Below, piece by piece: positions 50,710 through 62,811 of a DNA stretch of 62,811 nucleotides. Numbering within the stretch: the first letter of the stretch is position 1; each line of letters begins with the position of its first letter. Where the stretch lies: positions 28,024,121-28,086,931 of the forward strand of contig JASCQW010000150.1 in the NCBI GenBank assembly GCA_030264375.1, given 5' to 3'. Source of the stretch: Carcharhinus longimanus. Taxonomy: Eukaryota. The translations under genes and the position numbers were made by a program. The notes under the pieces were generated by a model. That model was not told where the DNA came from. It saw nothing but the letters and a program-made list of their open reading frames with translations, and made no database searches.

Positions 50710-50927
50710 AGTCACAAAAGTCCCAGAAGATCATAGGCTGCTCTCCCCCTTCTTAAGAGAGCTGACTGGTGATGATTTAATCTGGTTGTCACCACACCTC
50801 AGGCGAGGGGCAAGGTTAAGAAGGCAGATCTTTCATGAATAACCTCAGCCGATATGGGAATTGAAGCCAAACTGTTGGGGTCACTCTGCATCACAAACCA
50901 GCCATCCAGCCAACTGTGCTAACCAAT
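50710..50927 (-). mobile_element. tRNA-derived SINE (second family, antisense partner of the 57435 copy)
   Basis: Reverse complement of the 57435-57660 element: CAGTTGGCTGGATGGCTGGTTTGTGATGCAG...GCAGCCTATG. Confidence 0.8.
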
Positions 50928-52865
50928 ATCACGATTAAAATAATAAAACTAAATTAAATACAGCATATTCTCCAAATGAGTGAATTAAATGAAACAGCAC
51001 CTGGACCAAGTTTCTTTTTATGGTTGGTAGGGAACAAATGAGTAGAGAGCAAACAGCAAATGAGTAAAGTTCATGAAAGCAACTAAAAGTCAACATAGAA
51101 GGGGAAGACGCCTTTAAACCGAAAACCCAATGCCAATCAAATATAACGGTTGCCATGTAATTAATTAAATAAAACAGCTTCTGGAGGAGGACATTGTTTG
51201 GGAGTGTGTATGTACCAGGAGCAAAGAATGAAAAATAAACCAGTACAAATTAGAAATGAACCATGGACCTCCTAACAGATCCACCTGGAAAAGGCCTCTC
51301 ATCAGATTGGGAGTGAAAACTGAGGACAATAAGCCAACAAAAGGAACAGATAATCAATTTACACTTAAGATTTAGTAACAATATTATAAGCATGACTATC
51401 TTACATCGTTTGACGTTTATTTAACTCGTCACCAGCAGAAATAGATTTCAACAAATTGCGAGTTATGGAGGATCAAGAAGGGACTATAGGCCAATCACAA
51501 GTAGCCATATGAAAAAAAACTGCAAAAAAGCTTGAAAGTGTTTTCACACATTAGAGGTGCAACTCCCTGTAACAAAGTCATGACTCCCCCGTGTGACAAA
51601 CTTTAATATATAGGACAGGCAACCAGCTAATCTCTGAAGACACTGCACACCATTTGACTTCTGTTTGTAACATTCAGAAACATCTGTCCTTTTGATGGGA
51701 GATGCTGCCACAAATAAAGAAGCATTTTCTGGTGGGGTTGTAGGAAATGGATCCAGCCATCAGGTTGTGAGTGCCTTTTTGTTGTACACCAACAAAAAGG
51801 AGAGGAATTTGGCCACAGGCTGCCTCTTCCAGTAGATGATATGAGACAGTGGTCAGGAAAGCTAAGAAAGGGAAATGGAAGAAGGGAGAAGAAAAGTGCC
51901 ACAGCCAAGAAGAAATGGGCATTTGAGGTGGGAGGGAGAAGAGTCAAAAGGGCAGATAGAATGATCTCGGCTTTGTGCAAGAGCCTGGAATGGGAACTTT
52001 CAATTCCACTCCCAGTATCAGGTGAGGAAAGTCTTGTCATTAAAAGATTTGTATAAGAAAGAAACTTCCCCATAGTCACAGGAAATTTTTAAGGGAATCC
52101 TGTGCTGCAGTTTGAAAGTCCATTCTGATTCTTAAAAAATACACAAGTTTCTATAATGCCCTGAGGGTTAAGTAATAGTTAAATGCAGCTATAATTCTTG
52201 TAGTTTATAGTGTGACAAAATTACGACTGTGAAAGTAATAAGTATGACAAAACAGGAAATTCCACAAAGCTGTAATACTTGGACTCCAAGATTTAAAATG
52301 AGAGGACAGATTACACAAATTTTGCATTTGCCAGCTGTAATGGAATGTTCCTAGTCTAACAATCTATTGCGGCTGTCAGAAAAGCATGTGATACTCTGAA
52401 AATAATGTTTTGAAACTGCATGCAGCTGCAGGTTCTGGGCACTAGGTGATGCTAAAGAACAGCTTTTCATTTCAGGCAGACTTGCTGTGTCATCTTAAAA
52501 ACAAAATACTGTAGATACTGGTAATCTGAANNNNNNNNNNNNNNNNNNNNNNNNNNNNNNNNNNNNNNNNNNNNNNNNNNAGCAAATGAATCACATTTGA
52601 ATGAAAACATTAACTCTGTTTCTCTCTCCACAGATGCTGCCAGAACTGCTATGTATTTCCAGCACTGTTTTTATTGCTGTATCATATTTCGTACCATGCA
52701 AGACAACAGTGCAAGGTTAAAGATTAGCTTGCATCTCATCAATTTTAGCCTTTTTAAAAATAAAAAATAAAATAATTTAAAAATAAAGATTGGCTCTGTA
52801 CCACAAAAGATCTAAGTATTTTTTTTCTCAAAAGTCAGCTGTGGTTCTTTTTGCTACACGTGTAA

Positions 52866-53829
52866 ATGGTTGTTTGGGGGTGGTAGTTGATGGAGAGAGG
52901 ATAGAAGAGAGCATCACAAAGGGCAGAGGATATTGTAAATCTGCAGTGTATGCAAGCAACCAGTCTCATTCCTTCCCTTCCTGAGAAATTAGGAAATTGG
53001 AAAATTACAGTTGAATCACGCCTCATTGTATTGCACTATTATAGCATTATTATATTATGTTGCTCTAAAGCATGTGTTAGTGTCCTAAACATATTCAACT
53101 ATTAAGCCTTTGTATAAGTGCTGCCTATTAGCAGCTATAAAAGCAAATGTTTCCTTTTAATATGTTATCATTGTGATATAATATCATAATTGTTCCCAAT
53201 CTCACACTGGCTCAGCATTGTGGGGCTACTTAGGTTATCCATCTCTTGCATGGATTTTCCCACTGCTGGTGTAGAGCTCCTATATGGATATACGGATGAC
53301 CATCATGTCCTCAACCCCTCTCAAAACCAAGGTCATGCAGTAAGATGGGGGATCAACAACTGAACCACACATCTACTTCACATGTGACATGATAGTCATC
53401 CATATATCCATGTAGGAGCTTAATACCAGCAATGGGAAAATCCATGCAACAGAAGCATAACCTAAGTAGCCTCATAATGCTCAGCCAGAGTGTGATTGGA
53501 AACAATGATATTCTTTCATCAAAATGATAACATATTGAAAGGAAATATTTATTTTTATACCTGCTAATGGGCAGCACTTATACAAAGGCTTAATAGTTGA
53601 ATATGTTTAGGACACTAACACACACTTTAGAGCAACCTAGTATAATAATGCTATAATAGTGCAATACAATGAGATGTGATTCAACTGCAATTTTCCACTT
53701 TCCTAATTTCTCAGGAAGGAAAGGAATGAGACTGGTCGCTTGCATACACTGCAGATTTACAATATTCTCTACCCTCTGTGATGCTCTCTTCTATCCTCTC
53801 TCTGTCACCTATCACCCCTAAACAACCAT
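52866..53829. repeat. Long inverted repeat (arms 52866-53309 and 53386-53829, 76-nt spacer)
   Basis: Arms are colinear reverse complements, e.g. TGTGTTAGTGTCCTAAACATATTCAACTATTAAGCCTTTGTATAAGTGCTGCC versus GGCAGCACTTATACAAAGGCTTAATAGTTGAATATGTTTAGGACACTAACACA. Confidence 0.95.
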
Positions 53830-54229
53830 ACTCACATTTTAATTACGCAAAAGACTTCCTCGTCATGCACTCTCTCTTCCAGATTCATTCTGTTCTTTCT
53901 TTTCTCTCGTCCTCACAATGTATACTAACCTTTTCCTCATCCCTCCCACTTGCAACACACTGTCTCTTTTCTTTCATTCTTACATTTTTGTCCAGTTTGT
54001 ACTTACCACATTCTCCCTTGCCCTGGTGCAAACTCTCTTTTGCTCTCCGTTTGTGCACACATTCTTACCTGAAACAGACCTATTCAGCTTTTTTATTTCT
54101 GCCCTCTCTCAGGCACACTCTCCCCTCCCTTGAACATGGTCCTCCTCTTTTCCCACCGACTTCATTCACATCACATTTTGAACTCTCCTCTCTTGTTTTC
54201 TCACCCCTCCTTTTCATAAATATTCAGAG

Positions 54230-54722
54230 TCACAGAGTTTCATAGCACAAAAAGAGGCTCTTCAGCCCATCTTGTCTCCCCAACGCCACCAAGCACCTAC
54301 TTATTCTAATCCCATTTTCTAGCTCTTGGCCCATATCTTTGTATGCTAGGGCATTTCAAGTGCTCATCTAAATATTTCTTAAATGCTGTGAACTCCCCAC
54401 CTCTACTACTCTTTCAGACTCCTGCCATCCTCTCAGTGAAAAGGCTTTTTCCTCTAATTCCCTCTAAATTTCCTGCTCTTTTCCTTAAATCAATATCTCC
54501 TGATTATTTACCCCTCCAAGGAGAAAAGCTCCTTCCTATCTACTTCCCTCATAATATTGTACACCTCGATCATGTTCCCCCCCCCCCTCAGCCTTCTCTG
54601 CTCTAAGGGAAAAACCCCCAGTCTAGTCAGCTGCTCTTTGTAGCTGAAATGTTCCAGCCCAAGCAATATCCAGATGAATCTTCTCCACACCCATCTTAGT
54701 GCAATCATATTCTTCCTATCAC
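54230..54722 (-). mobile_element. CR1 3' end
   Basis: ORF 54508..54726 (GLEHFSYKEQLTRLGVFPLEQRRLRG...IEVYNIMR). Confidence 0.85.
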
Positions 54723-56852
54723 TCATGTTAATTTATCTAATGTACCCCTGCCACATAACTTGCATTTATAAAGCACTTTAATGCAAAACAAGTATACCAA
54801 GGTGCTTTAGATAGGCACAGGAAATTTAATACCACACTAGGAAGGGGGGGGGGCGTTGTTTGAGGCTTGACTGAAAGCTTGATAAACAATAGAAATCTTT
54901 GGAATTAGGACAGAAGGTGAACAGCTTTCAACTAATAGGGACTTCCAGATAGTAAGGTTCATGTGGATAAAGTTCTGCTGCTAGTATGAGATTGCATTGA
55001 TAAGTCAGGCAACGACATGGAGAAATTTGAAGGCAAGGACAATAGTATTAAATTGAACACTTTGGGGGACAGGGAATTAACGTAAGCCTGTGAAGGCAAG
55101 AGATGAGAGAGTAGAATGTATTGTGGTGGAATAGGAGATTGGAAGTTTATGAAGAGTGGAAGTGAGAAAGCCAGCAAGGATATTAGAAAATAGGCTAAAA
55201 CAGACAATAGTGCAGAAGTGAAAGTAAACCATCTTCATGAATCAAAGATATCAAATTTAATCAGAGCACCAAGGTGTCTTTCAGTTCAGGATAGTGGCAA
55301 AAAAAATGCCATCAATGCAAATATTTGTAATAGACACTGAAGATGATGGTTTCAGTGTTCTCGATGTTTAACTGATGGAAGTTGTGACTCATCCAAGACT
55401 AGGTGTCAGATAGGCCGAGAGGCAGTCCAAGGAACTGAAGGGAAGACGGAGCTGAGCACCACCGGCATACGTGTGCAAGTGCTGAGCCCATATAATGCAT
55501 CATTCTCTCTCTCCCTTATGCACTCAGTCTCTCCCATTTCCATCTTCATGTTCTTTCTCCTTTCCTTTGCCCCCCTCCAGGGTCTGACAGCAATAGAGGA
55601 CAAAAATAGTCAGGCTGCTTTATAACAAGGCTACTTTATAAAGGACATGATGCACAACAGATTAATAAAGTTGCCACTGACTCTGGAACTTTATGCACTG
55701 GAGACTAACAATATTAAAGTCTACTTGCAGTCTGAATTGAATCTAAGCCAGTCTAAAGCTTGCCCTAAAGCTATCACAGTGCATCCAAAATAGACAAGTG
55801 ATCCACATCCCAATGATGATGTCTCACATTGGTTGTGTACATAAATTCACTATTTCTATTTTAAAAAGGGGCCACATTAAAATGATGCTTTCATTCCTCA
55901 AGTTGATTTCATTCCTACAGAATTTTTAAACAATATCACTTTGAAAGCCATTTTCATAACAGCCCAGATTTTAGATACATTTAGGCTTACTATTTATACA
56001 GCCATTTAAACCTCTTGCTACATCACTATCTTATTTGCAATACATTTTTGAAAAAATAAATAAATCTAATTTCACTGGAGTTCAAATCATAATTCAACGA
56101 CCAGCATTTGCTGCCTACCACCACCCACAAGGACAGTTAGAGGTGGATGTTTGATCCACAAATTTCACACAACTCAAGGTTCAAATCATTCTGGTGAACC
56201 ATCCAGTCATCAGAACCATCTGACACATTACTAAGTCAAAACACACAACCTACGTACAACACCCCTTCAAGTCTTGCCTCTTCAGCACTCCAGTTCTAAT
56301 ACACTTCAAAAGTTATAAAACATACCAAAATGAAAGCTGAGATTACACAGCCAAATCCATTTTTTGTTAACTTGCAGCTGGAAAAGCAAAGCAATCTAGA
56401 TTAGCTGACACGAGATCACTGATTTACACTTCGGTAAACAGAAGGTTAATAAAGATCATCCCAGTAACATTATTTGAAGAAAGAGCAGTATGTTTGTCCA
56501 GTCTTAAAAAGGTGAAAGTATGATTATATAAAATAAAGCCCCAGATGAAGAAGCAAGCAAGCAAGCAGACAATGAGATTGGAACAAGATGGCATAAAATA
56601 GAAAATTCACAAGTATCAAGTAAGGTTAGAGATTAAGAAAAAATACACTGCACAGGGCAGTGGATGCTAGAAACAGGCTCCAGAAAAGTGAATTAATGTG
56701 GGCTTCAGTGGCACATTGAAAATGGGATCTATGTTGCAAAATGCTTTCAATTTCAAATTTTTGTAAGACAACTCAAGTATAACTCAAACTGACAATCCTA
56801 ATGTTTCACAAAATGTAATACAGTGAAATGAATACTAAGGTAGAATGGTTAC

Positions 56853-56911
56853 CTTCTGTCCTTTCTCGTTTTTTTGAAATACAAAAACAGGTGGAGCAAT
56901 GGCAGGTTTCT
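56853..56911 (-). CDS. RANBP3: RANBP3 coding exon 2 ((E)KPAIAPPVFVFQKNEKGQK)
   Basis: TTCTTTATTCACAG|AGAAACCT...CAGAAG|GTAACC. 59 nt, phase 1 to 0. Near-identical to human EKPAIAPPVFVFQKDKGQK as recalled. Confidence 0.96.
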
Positions 56912-56989
56912 CTGTGAATAAAGAACAATAAATCAGTATGCACATTTCAGTCACAACTTCTTTTTTTTCGACAAGAAATTGCAGAAATA

Positions 56990-58520
56990 CTCAGTCTGAC
57001 ACATTGATCCATACTCAATCCCCTTCGCACACATCCATCCTCCTTTTTCCAAACACTCCATACTGCTTCAACTTTTTATATGCTTTGCACTCTCCTTCAC
57101 CTTCAATGCACTCCCACATGCTATTCTAAACACTTTGCCCACTTGCTCTAACTCTCACATTTCATCCCCATTATTCTCACATCCTCAGCATCATACTCCC
57201 CTCAGGTCCAGCTACTTAACCCATAAAAGTGCTGCTCCTCTGACACAACGTAAACTATCCACCCACACAGCACAGCCCTGTGCGCCACATTACTCTCATA
57301 TATGTATGGTGTCAGCCATGCACATCACATTCAGTGCTCACACAAACCTCGTGAGCTATCAGATACGCAGTCTCCTTCACACACATTCACTTTCCTATAC
57401 ATTTCCCTTGTGCAGTCTCTTATATATTCTGCATGGGGGGGTCATTTCAGCTCAACTGGCTGGATGGCTGGTTCGTGATGCAGTGATGCCAACAGTACGG
57501 GTTCAATTCCCATACCGGCTGAGGTCATTCATGAAAGCCCACCTTCTGAACCGTGTCTCTCGCCTAAGGTGTGGTGATCCTCCGGTTAAATCACCACCAG
57601 TCAGCACTCCCCCTCAAACAGGTGAGCAGCCTATGGTCATCTGGGGCCAGGGCAACTTTATATATTCTGTCTTCACACTGTAGAGTTGATCACTCATACA
57701 TTCTTGGCACATGCAGTATGGTACACACTTACTTCATTCTCCCTCTCTCACAAATATCACACAATCACTTCTCATGCATGACTGCTAACATTTAGTCACA
57801 CTCTTTCCTGCACATTCCCTTCACTGTGCTCACGCACTTCCATCCCTTGTTTGGATGTCTCATACCACTCTTTCTTTACCCTCACACAAATACACACTGC
57901 CTGAGCCATAAACACTCTCATTCAGGCCTGCCAAGTCTTGCACAAAAACACTCCCTTCATCCTCACTCACTCATTCCCCTTGCGTGCATTCTCCTACACC
58001 CTCCAAATGTGCCTCTGTCACTCACCTACACATGCAACTGCCTTTGTGCACACAGACAACAAAATTTTCAAAGACTTAAACCATTTCAAGAGCTTGCACA
58101 TACTCACAATTCCCTCATATTCATTCTGACATACTGGCAACTTCTGATACTTTCACTTCCCTTATACCTGAATATTCATAATGCTTTTTCACACTACTTA
58201 TTGCACACACTCCTAATCAAAACTTTCCATTCGCATATTCTCTTTTTCATACCCTTTCTCACAAACACTATTATACTCAAACATGCACCAGTGCAGCATT
58301 CACTCACATTCATCTTGCAGTCTATCTCAAACAATCCACTCACCATTTGTCTCTTTCTTATACCCCACTTACACATGCCATGGCGCACACACTCCTTGCC
58401 CGCAGTCAGGTTCTCACCTTGCATACACAATGCACTATGCTTACAGCGCCCCCTCCCTCATGCATGCTTTACACAGACACTTCTCATACATACTGTAACG
58501 AACACACCTGCACTCAAAAC
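56990..58520. repeat. CA/CT-rich low-complexity tract
   Basis: Strongly G-poor plus strand with degenerate CACA/CTCA units, which explains the long His/Thr/Leu-rich ORFs. Confidence 0.8.
57435..57660 (+). mobile_element. tRNA-derived SINE inserted in a CA-rich tract
   Basis: CAGCTCAACTGG A-box-like and GGGTTCAATTCCC B-box. Homologous to 50710-50927. Confidence 0.8.
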
Positions 58521-58854
58521 AACATGGGATATTAATCTTTAGCTTAGGGATGTTGGAATACGAGAAGCTTTCAATATTTAGTGTAATTTCTTTGTGTTTG
58601 TACTCTGTGGAGGTGAATTGATATATGCCAGCAGTGCAAAATGATCTGGTAGCAAATCAGCAGCCAATTTTTCACAATGTTAATTTTTATTTTCCATTGA
58701 CTTGCAAAATATCACCAAGATTTTTAATTTCAAACCAAGTAAAAGCAACAGCAAGACTTGGATATGAGCTACCAAAAGGAGTCTGAATACTTGTTTAATG
58801 AACTTCAGTATAAAACTGATAGATTGCTGTGAAAAAATAAGCTGGCAATTCGCA

Positions 58855-59282
58855 ACAAGTTGAGTAGGTTGGGCCTGTACTCACTGGAGTTTAGAGAATG
58901 AGAGGTGACCTTATTGAGACATGTAGAAATAACAGGGAGCTTGACAGTGTAGATGCTCAGAGGTTGTTTTGGGAGGGTCTAGGACCAGTGAACATAATCT
59001 CAGAGTAAATGGTCACCAATTTAAAACAGAGATGAGGAGGAATTTCCTCTCTCAAAGAGGGAAGTGAATCTGTGGAATTCTTTACCGCAGAGGGCTGTGG
59101 AAGCTGGGTTATGTTCAAGGCTAAGATAGACAGATTTTAATCAGTAAGGGAATCATGGGTTATGTGGATAAGATGGGAAAGTGGAGTTGAGCTTATATCT
59201 GATTACTCATGATTTCATTAAATGGCAATGCAGACTCAATGCACCAAGTGGTCTACTTCTGTTCCTATATCTTATGGTCTAT
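58855..59282 (+). mobile_element. CR1/HER1 3' end
   Basis: GGGCCTGTACTCACTGGAGTTTAGA...GAGATGAGGAGGAATTTC...CCTATATCTTATGGTCT. Confidence 0.85.
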
Positions 59283-60239
59283 GGCTGTTATAGACTAACT
59301 TCATCTCCTATACCTCTATTATAAAACAAAAGCTTATCAGTCCTGTCACTGTTGCTATTACGAAGGCTCTTCTGTTCCTGCACCCACTAAATAATCTCAC
59401 TGATCCCATATCCTCAGCATATAAATGTTTATCTTAAAGCTGAAAGCGTTGAGTGTTCAAAACCATGAATACTTCTGATAGATTAAATGGAAGGAGCAAC
59501 TGCTTGCAGTAGCAGAATGGTCACTTACCAAAGGATACAGATTAAAAGTGATGCGCACAGTCATCGGAGGACACATCATGAAAAGTTTTTTTTTAAATGC
59601 AGTGAATTGTTGTGAACTGGGATGTACTACCTCAACAGATAGAAGCAGATTCAACAATAACATTCAAAAGAAAATTGGGTAAAAAATTGAACAGATAAAA
59701 TTGAGAAAGAGAGAGGGGAAGTGATATTAACGGGGTAGCTCTGTGAAAGACCCAGCACAAGCATGATGAGTGAAATGACTGCTTCATGTACTGTATCATT
59801 CTATGATTCAATTCCAGGATTCTTTCAACTGTCCCCATTCATTGAAGAACTCAGGTTAATCAAATAGAATTTTTCTTTAACAACTCCATGCTGACTTACA
59901 TTTATTAACCCACACTTTTCCAAGTGCCTATTAACTCCATCCCAGATTGTCTCTCAAAGTTTCCTCATCAGTGTGATGAAGCTAAGTGGCTGGTAACTGC
60001 CAGGTTTATCCCTTTCGCCTTTTTTGAACAGGAGTGTAATATTTGTAATTCTCCATTCGTCTAGCATTACACAACATCCAGCAAGAATTGGATGTCTGTG
60101 GCCAGAGCTTCCACAATTTTCACCTTTAGTTTACCTCCTTCATTGGCACCTGCTTTGGCTACCTTTTCATTAGTTGTAAATATACAAAATATTTTTGGGG
60201 TCTCTTTTATGTCACCTGCTAATTTATTCTCATACAATA

Positions 60240-61040
60240 TCTTCCATGGGATATGAGCGTTGCCGTCAAGGCTAGATTTGTTACCCATCCCTAATGGCCT
60301 ATGAAGTGGTGGTGAGCTGCTTTCTTGAATCCCTGCAGTCTACCTATTGTAAGAACATCCACAATATAATGAAGAAGAGGGTTTCAGGTTTGTGGCCCAG
60401 CAGTGAAGGAACAGCAAAATAGCTCCAAGTTAGAAAGGTGCGTGACCTGGAGGGGAACTTGCAGGCAATGGTGTTTCCACACATCTGCTGCCTGTTCTTC
60501 TAGGTAGTTGTGGTCATGGAAAGTGCTGTCAGAGGCCTGGCAAGTTGCTGCAGTACATTCTGTATTTAGTACAAACTGCTATCACCGTGCGTCAGTAATA
60601 GAGGAAGTGGATGTTTAAGGCAGTGGAGATGCTTTGTCCTGATTGGTGTCAAGCTTCCTGAATGTTGTTGGAGCTGCACTCATTCAGGTAAGTGGCGAGT
60701 ATTCCATTTATGCATTGTGGTGCCACGATGTCAAGAGGAGATGGTTAGATTGTCTTGTTCGAGATAGTCATCACTTGGCATTTATACTATTTTCCACTTA
60801 TCAACTCAACTCCAAACGTTGTCCAGGATAGGCACTGCATCAGTATCTGAGTTATGAATGGTAGTGAACACTCTAATCAACGAACATCCCTACTTCTGAC
60901 CATATGATGGAAGGAAAGTGATTGATAGCCCTATCCACGTGCAGCTGGGTAAAGACATCAACATAAGAAACTCTGCAGTGATGTCCTCCAGCTAAGATGA
61001 AGGCCTCCAACAACCACAATCATTTTCTTATGTGCTAGGT
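60240..61040 (-). mobile_element. L2/CR1-group LINE fragment
   Basis: Antisense of the 7730/47090 family (GGTGGTGAGCTGCTTTCTTGAA...GAATGTTGTTGGAGCTGCACTCAT). Another piece lies at ~49960-50330. Confidence 0.7.
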
Positions 61041-61749
61041 ATAACTCCAACCATCTGCTCACTTATTTCTTTTTCCAATTTCCCCATACTTTTTGACTTG
61101 GTTCTCCACTCAATTATGAATCTGATAGTTATCATCAGCCCCCTTTTCTTGTTACATCTTAATCTTCTCTTTAGTCATCTACAGGCCATTAACTTTGGAC
61201 TGCCATTCTTAACCCTTCAAGAAAGATTTGGTGGAGCTGAAATACAATCTCTCTCTGATAGCCTCCTCGTGCTCATTTATCACAATACTGGGATTAAAAG
61301 AATTAAATTACAAAAAACAGATTGCATATTGTTTGTTTTTGTTTAGAAGGTTAAAGGGTGGAGCAAAAGGGTGTTTTAAATGATTCAGAGTAATAAGGCC
61401 AGTGCAGAAAAATTATTTCCTCTGATAGGACAATCCAGAATATGGGATAATAACCACAAAATTAGAAGGTGGCCATTTAGGAGTGAAATTAGCTAACATG
61501 TTTACTCTCAAACATAATGGGAGTTAGAAAATATGGAATTATCTCCAGAGGTTCTAGATTCTGAGTCAATTGAAATGCTCAAAATTGAGATCAATAGGTT
61601 TGTAGAGAAAAGGCTGGTAGAGTCAATGCAGAGTGATCTACAGAACAAGCATAAGAAACTAAATGACTTATAAATTCTCCATTATAAAACACACCATTCA
61701 TTTCATATTCTTCTGTGCCTTTTTCAGCTGCTATCCTACTAGTAACTAA

Positions 61750-62290
61750 ATCTCTTTTCTGCCCTTACCTTCATACTTTCCTGCTCCCTCCCCATCATCT
61801 CAATTTCACTGCCCTTTCCACTCCCCAATCTCTCCACTGCTCTTCGTCCTGAACTCCCGCACCCCTTCCTTCAGCCATATCCACACCCTTCCAACCTAAT
61901 CATACAATCCCCTCAATCCAAACTCACCCTCATCATCCCGATTTCCCCTAATGTCTCCTGGGCTTCATTCTGATCACTCTCTCCCCTCCACCCTGATGTG
62001 CCATCTTCCCTCATCCGTCCTGATCGAAACACCCCTGAACATCTACCCATTGACCCTCCCCCTCACCTTGTTCTTTCTCCCATTACCTGGTTGTAAACTC
62101 TCCCCTCCGCCCTGATAGCTTTTTCTCCCTATATCACTTTTAATCTTATCTAACTTTCCGTTTCCTATTCCTCCTTCTCGAACGCGTCCCCTTCTCGTTT
62201 CCATATGCCCTAGTCTCTTTCTATTTCTCACAGTTCACCTCTAATAGATTTGTTCTCCCTTTTTCACATCACATTCCTCGCACTTGTGAC
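61750..62290. repeat. Polypyrimidine/polypurine-skewed tract at the start of intron 1
   Basis: About 550 bp that is almost entirely C/T on the plus strand, so G/A-rich on the transcript. Confidence 0.75.
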
Positions 62291-62369
62291 TATCCAAATG
62301 GACATTCCCATCTGATTTTGTTGCTATTGATTTGTTTGGCGCTCTGGTAGCTCAGAGGCCTGGTTAGCC

Positions 62370-62811
62370 GGCGTTTTGTTGTGGGTGTGTGCGCCCAGTT
62401 CCTCCCCCAGTCTAGCTATTCAGGGGAGAGCAGCGACACTGCACTGACCCTGGAGTAGAGACCAACAGCGCCACCGTGCACATCCTGAGTTCGGAAGCTG
62501 AACTCCCGCCTCGCTGCTGCCGCGTCCCAATGCTCCGTGCCCGTTTTCACTTGCTTACCTTCGTTTGCCAGATCCGCCATTTTAGGATTCTCCGCGTCCC
62601 CACAATGCTCCGCGAACGGAAGGTAACAGTGCGCATGCGCTCTGTTCTGGCCCGCGCCAGTTTCGGGCATTGGTGAACGTGGCGCCTGCGCACTTGATGC
62701 TGATCGCGATGTTGGGGGCGGGACTGCCCCGATCGACAAGACTCCCGAATGCTTGCAATGGGAAGGGCGAACTGTCGTTGATGGACTTTCTCCCGAATGC
62801 GCCTGCGCACT
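62370..62811 (-). promoter_or_regulatory. RANBP3: CpG-island housekeeping promoter / 5' UTR of RANBP3
   Basis: Abrupt rise in GC and CpG. NRF1-type GCGC(A/C)TGCGC at 62630-62640, 62682-62692 and 62798-62809. GC box GGGGCGGG at ~62715-62722. YY1-type CCGCCATTTT over the ATG. ZNF143/Staf-like TCCCCACAATGCTCCGCG at 62597-62614. Confidence 0.85.
62559..62580 (-). CDS. RANBP3: RANBP3 coding exon 1 (MADLANE + first nt of E)
   Basis: Minus strand reads AAAATGGCGGATCTGGCAAACGAAG|GTAAGC. Good Kozak context (A at -3, G at +4), canonical donor, inside the CpG island. Matches the RANBP3 N-terminus MADLANEEKP. 22 nt, ends in phase 1. Confidence 0.96.

Noticed and set aside
57826-58542. Longest ORF in the track (238 aa), plus 57135..57683 and 53778..54245
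   Set aside because: His/Leu/Thr/Ser-rich products of G-poor CA/CT low-complexity DNA that rarely makes stop codons. They are antisense to RANBP3 and have no domain features.
62416-62810. ORFs 62416..62739, 62476..62676 and 62547..62810
   Set aside because: GC-rich CpG-island ORFs. Only the MADLANE segment is supported, by homology and a splice donor.
1-62811. CRISPR arrays, operons or other prokaryotic systems
   Set aside because: The sequence is intron-rich vertebrate DNA with no repeat-spacer arrays or dense ORFs.

Overview
This is eukaryotic, vertebrate DNA. The HE1/V-SINE, Deu-domain SINE and HER1/CR1 repeat content points to a shark or other elasmobranch (inference). The window holds the CpG-island promoter and the 5' part of RANBP3 (Ran-binding protein 3) on the minus strand. 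I read eight coding exons plus one probable 45-nt cassette exon, all GT-AG and phase-compatible, giving about 206 aa (MADLANEEKPAIAPPVFVFQK... to ...GTVSHT). I found no exon for the FxFG/Ran-binding domain, so those probably lie beyond position 1. The introns are filled with decayed CR1, L2-like and RTE LINE fragments and tRNA-derived SINEs, and there are six N gaps. The most unusual items are: (1) a 307-bp, highly structured, AATAAA+poly(A)-tailed element headed by two copies of the U2 snRNA 5' end (25661-25967); (2) a ~960-bp foldback with ~445-bp arms (52866-53829); (3) an in-frame candidate alternative exon with an acceptor at 11930; (4) two CAGAG|GTAAGT frameshifting (poison) exon candidates in one intron. 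Gene identity comes from my recollection of vertebrate RANBP3, no searches were run, and repeat boundaries are approximate.
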